Source: Squalus acanthias | Taxonomy: Eukaryota | NCBI GenBank assembly: GCA_030390025.1 | Contig: CM059432.1 | Span: 136,030,001-136,094,000 of the forward strand | Length of the DNA stretch: 64,000 nt | Reading direction: 5' to 3' | In this document: positions 62,885 to 64,000 of the stretch, piece after piece | How positions within the stretch are numbered: position 1 is the stretch's first letter | Layout: every line of letters begins with the position of its first letter | Made by a program: the position numbers and the translations under genes | The notes under the pieces: model-generated | What the model saw: the letters and a program-made list of their open reading frames with translations, nothing else | What the model was told of the DNA's origin: nothing | Databases searched by the model: none

Positions 62885-63850
62885 ATGCTGATTAATGGAA
62901 AATAAATCGTTCAGCTGTCTAGAGGGCTGACAAAAGGGAATGGGAATTACTCTAGCATATGCACCAAACATTCGTTCAACTAATGTAGAACTCTACAGTT
63001 GAATCTTCTCCCACACAAGTCCCCACATACCCACCATCTTCAGCCTCAGCCACCTTCCCTCAGTCTCTATATTTGAATGGAGCATTCGCTTTCACCTCTT
63101 CTCTTGAGGTTGTAGCACAGATTGAAACACAACCCCAAAGTTTTTTTTTGCTTGTTAAGTGCTTGTTAAGCAGCATTATAGGAGACCTGGAGCTAAGGCG
63201 CAACATCAGCATTGCACTGCCAGTAGCAAGCACAGACTAGTAGACTTCTGCAAGGTTTCTGAAGCCCTCCCTCCTGGTTGGCTGTAGTGTATCTCCAAGT
63301 ATGTTGAACCTGACCTTTATCACATCTTGGATTTTACAACCCAATACATTGAAAATATCAGTGAAAGGATTCCTCACAAATCTAGCCACTGTGCTAGCCA
63401 CCTCCATACCTGCATATGCCACTGATGTTGCATGGTTCTCAATAGCAATCTGCAGAGAAGACAATCATTGCTCTATGACAATGCAGATCTGTGCTAACCC
63501 GCTCAATGCTACTCCAAACCTACTGTCAGCAAGCTTTGCAGACGACAAGACATTTCCTGTCCTGAGACACTTCTGCCGATTGAATGCGACCTCCTTCTGT
63601 AAATATGTATTGAATAAGTTGACATTATAGGGTAAGAGGCTAAGGCTATAGCACAATATATTTGACCTTTTTCACAGTATAATAGAATTTGAAGTACCTT
63701 GCCAGCTGAACTTCTAATGATGCTTAATGATTACGTTCAAAGTGTGAAATCTATGGGCACTTTCTATGTTTCCCTTATATGGCCTGCTGTGATCTAACGC
63801 AAGTGGAAGCATTTTGGTCTTTGATGGGATTATTTATTGGATTCTATCTT

Positions 63851-63990
63851 GTGGGTTAGGTTGATTTGGCTATGATAAATTGACCCTTAGTGTTAGGGGG
63901 GATTAAATATGTGGGGTTATGGGGATAGGATGGGATATGTTAGGGGGAATTAAATACGTGGGGTTACGGGGGGTAGGGTGGGATATGTGT
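63851..63990 (+). mobile_element. HE1-like (V-SINE) fragment with an internal tandem duplication
   Basis: GTGGGTTAGGTTGATTTGGCTATGATAAATTGACCCTTAGTGT, then two copies of TGTTAGGGGG.ATTAAATA.GTGGGGTTA.GGGG.TAGG.TGGGATATG. Confidence 0.6.
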
Positions 63991-64000
63991 ACTGTGGGGA

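Noticed and set aside
63301..63630. ORF containing FADD (RT-like)
   Set aside because: No other RT motifs; the opposite strand looks more like a decayed Harbinger Myb exon

Overview
This is vertebrate genomic DNA, most likely from a shark or other elasmobranch, judged from the HER1/CR1-type LINEs, Deu-domain SINEs and an HE1-like SINE fragment. It is an intergenic or intronic window made almost entirely of nested transposable elements, and no host protein-coding exon could be supported. Retroelements: several CR1 LINEs, including an inverted pair of closely related copies (about 40.0-46.0 kb +, 58.9-62.9 kb -); L2 3' fragments; a second CR1-group LINE family; over a dozen tRNA/Deu-domain SINEs; a Penelope-like element (RT + GIY-YIG) with minimal hammerhead ribozyme motifs; and two diverged solo-LTR-like elements with an unusual 3' end. 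DNA transposons: one hAT MITE and a rich set of PIF/Harbinger elements, namely decayed transposase genes, a transposase-less element carrying only a spliced Myb/SANT gene, and several MITE families with 3-bp TSDs. A few non-repetitive islands are candidate regulatory or conserved non-coding elements. Family names come from motif recognition, not database searches, and boundaries without TSDs are approximate.
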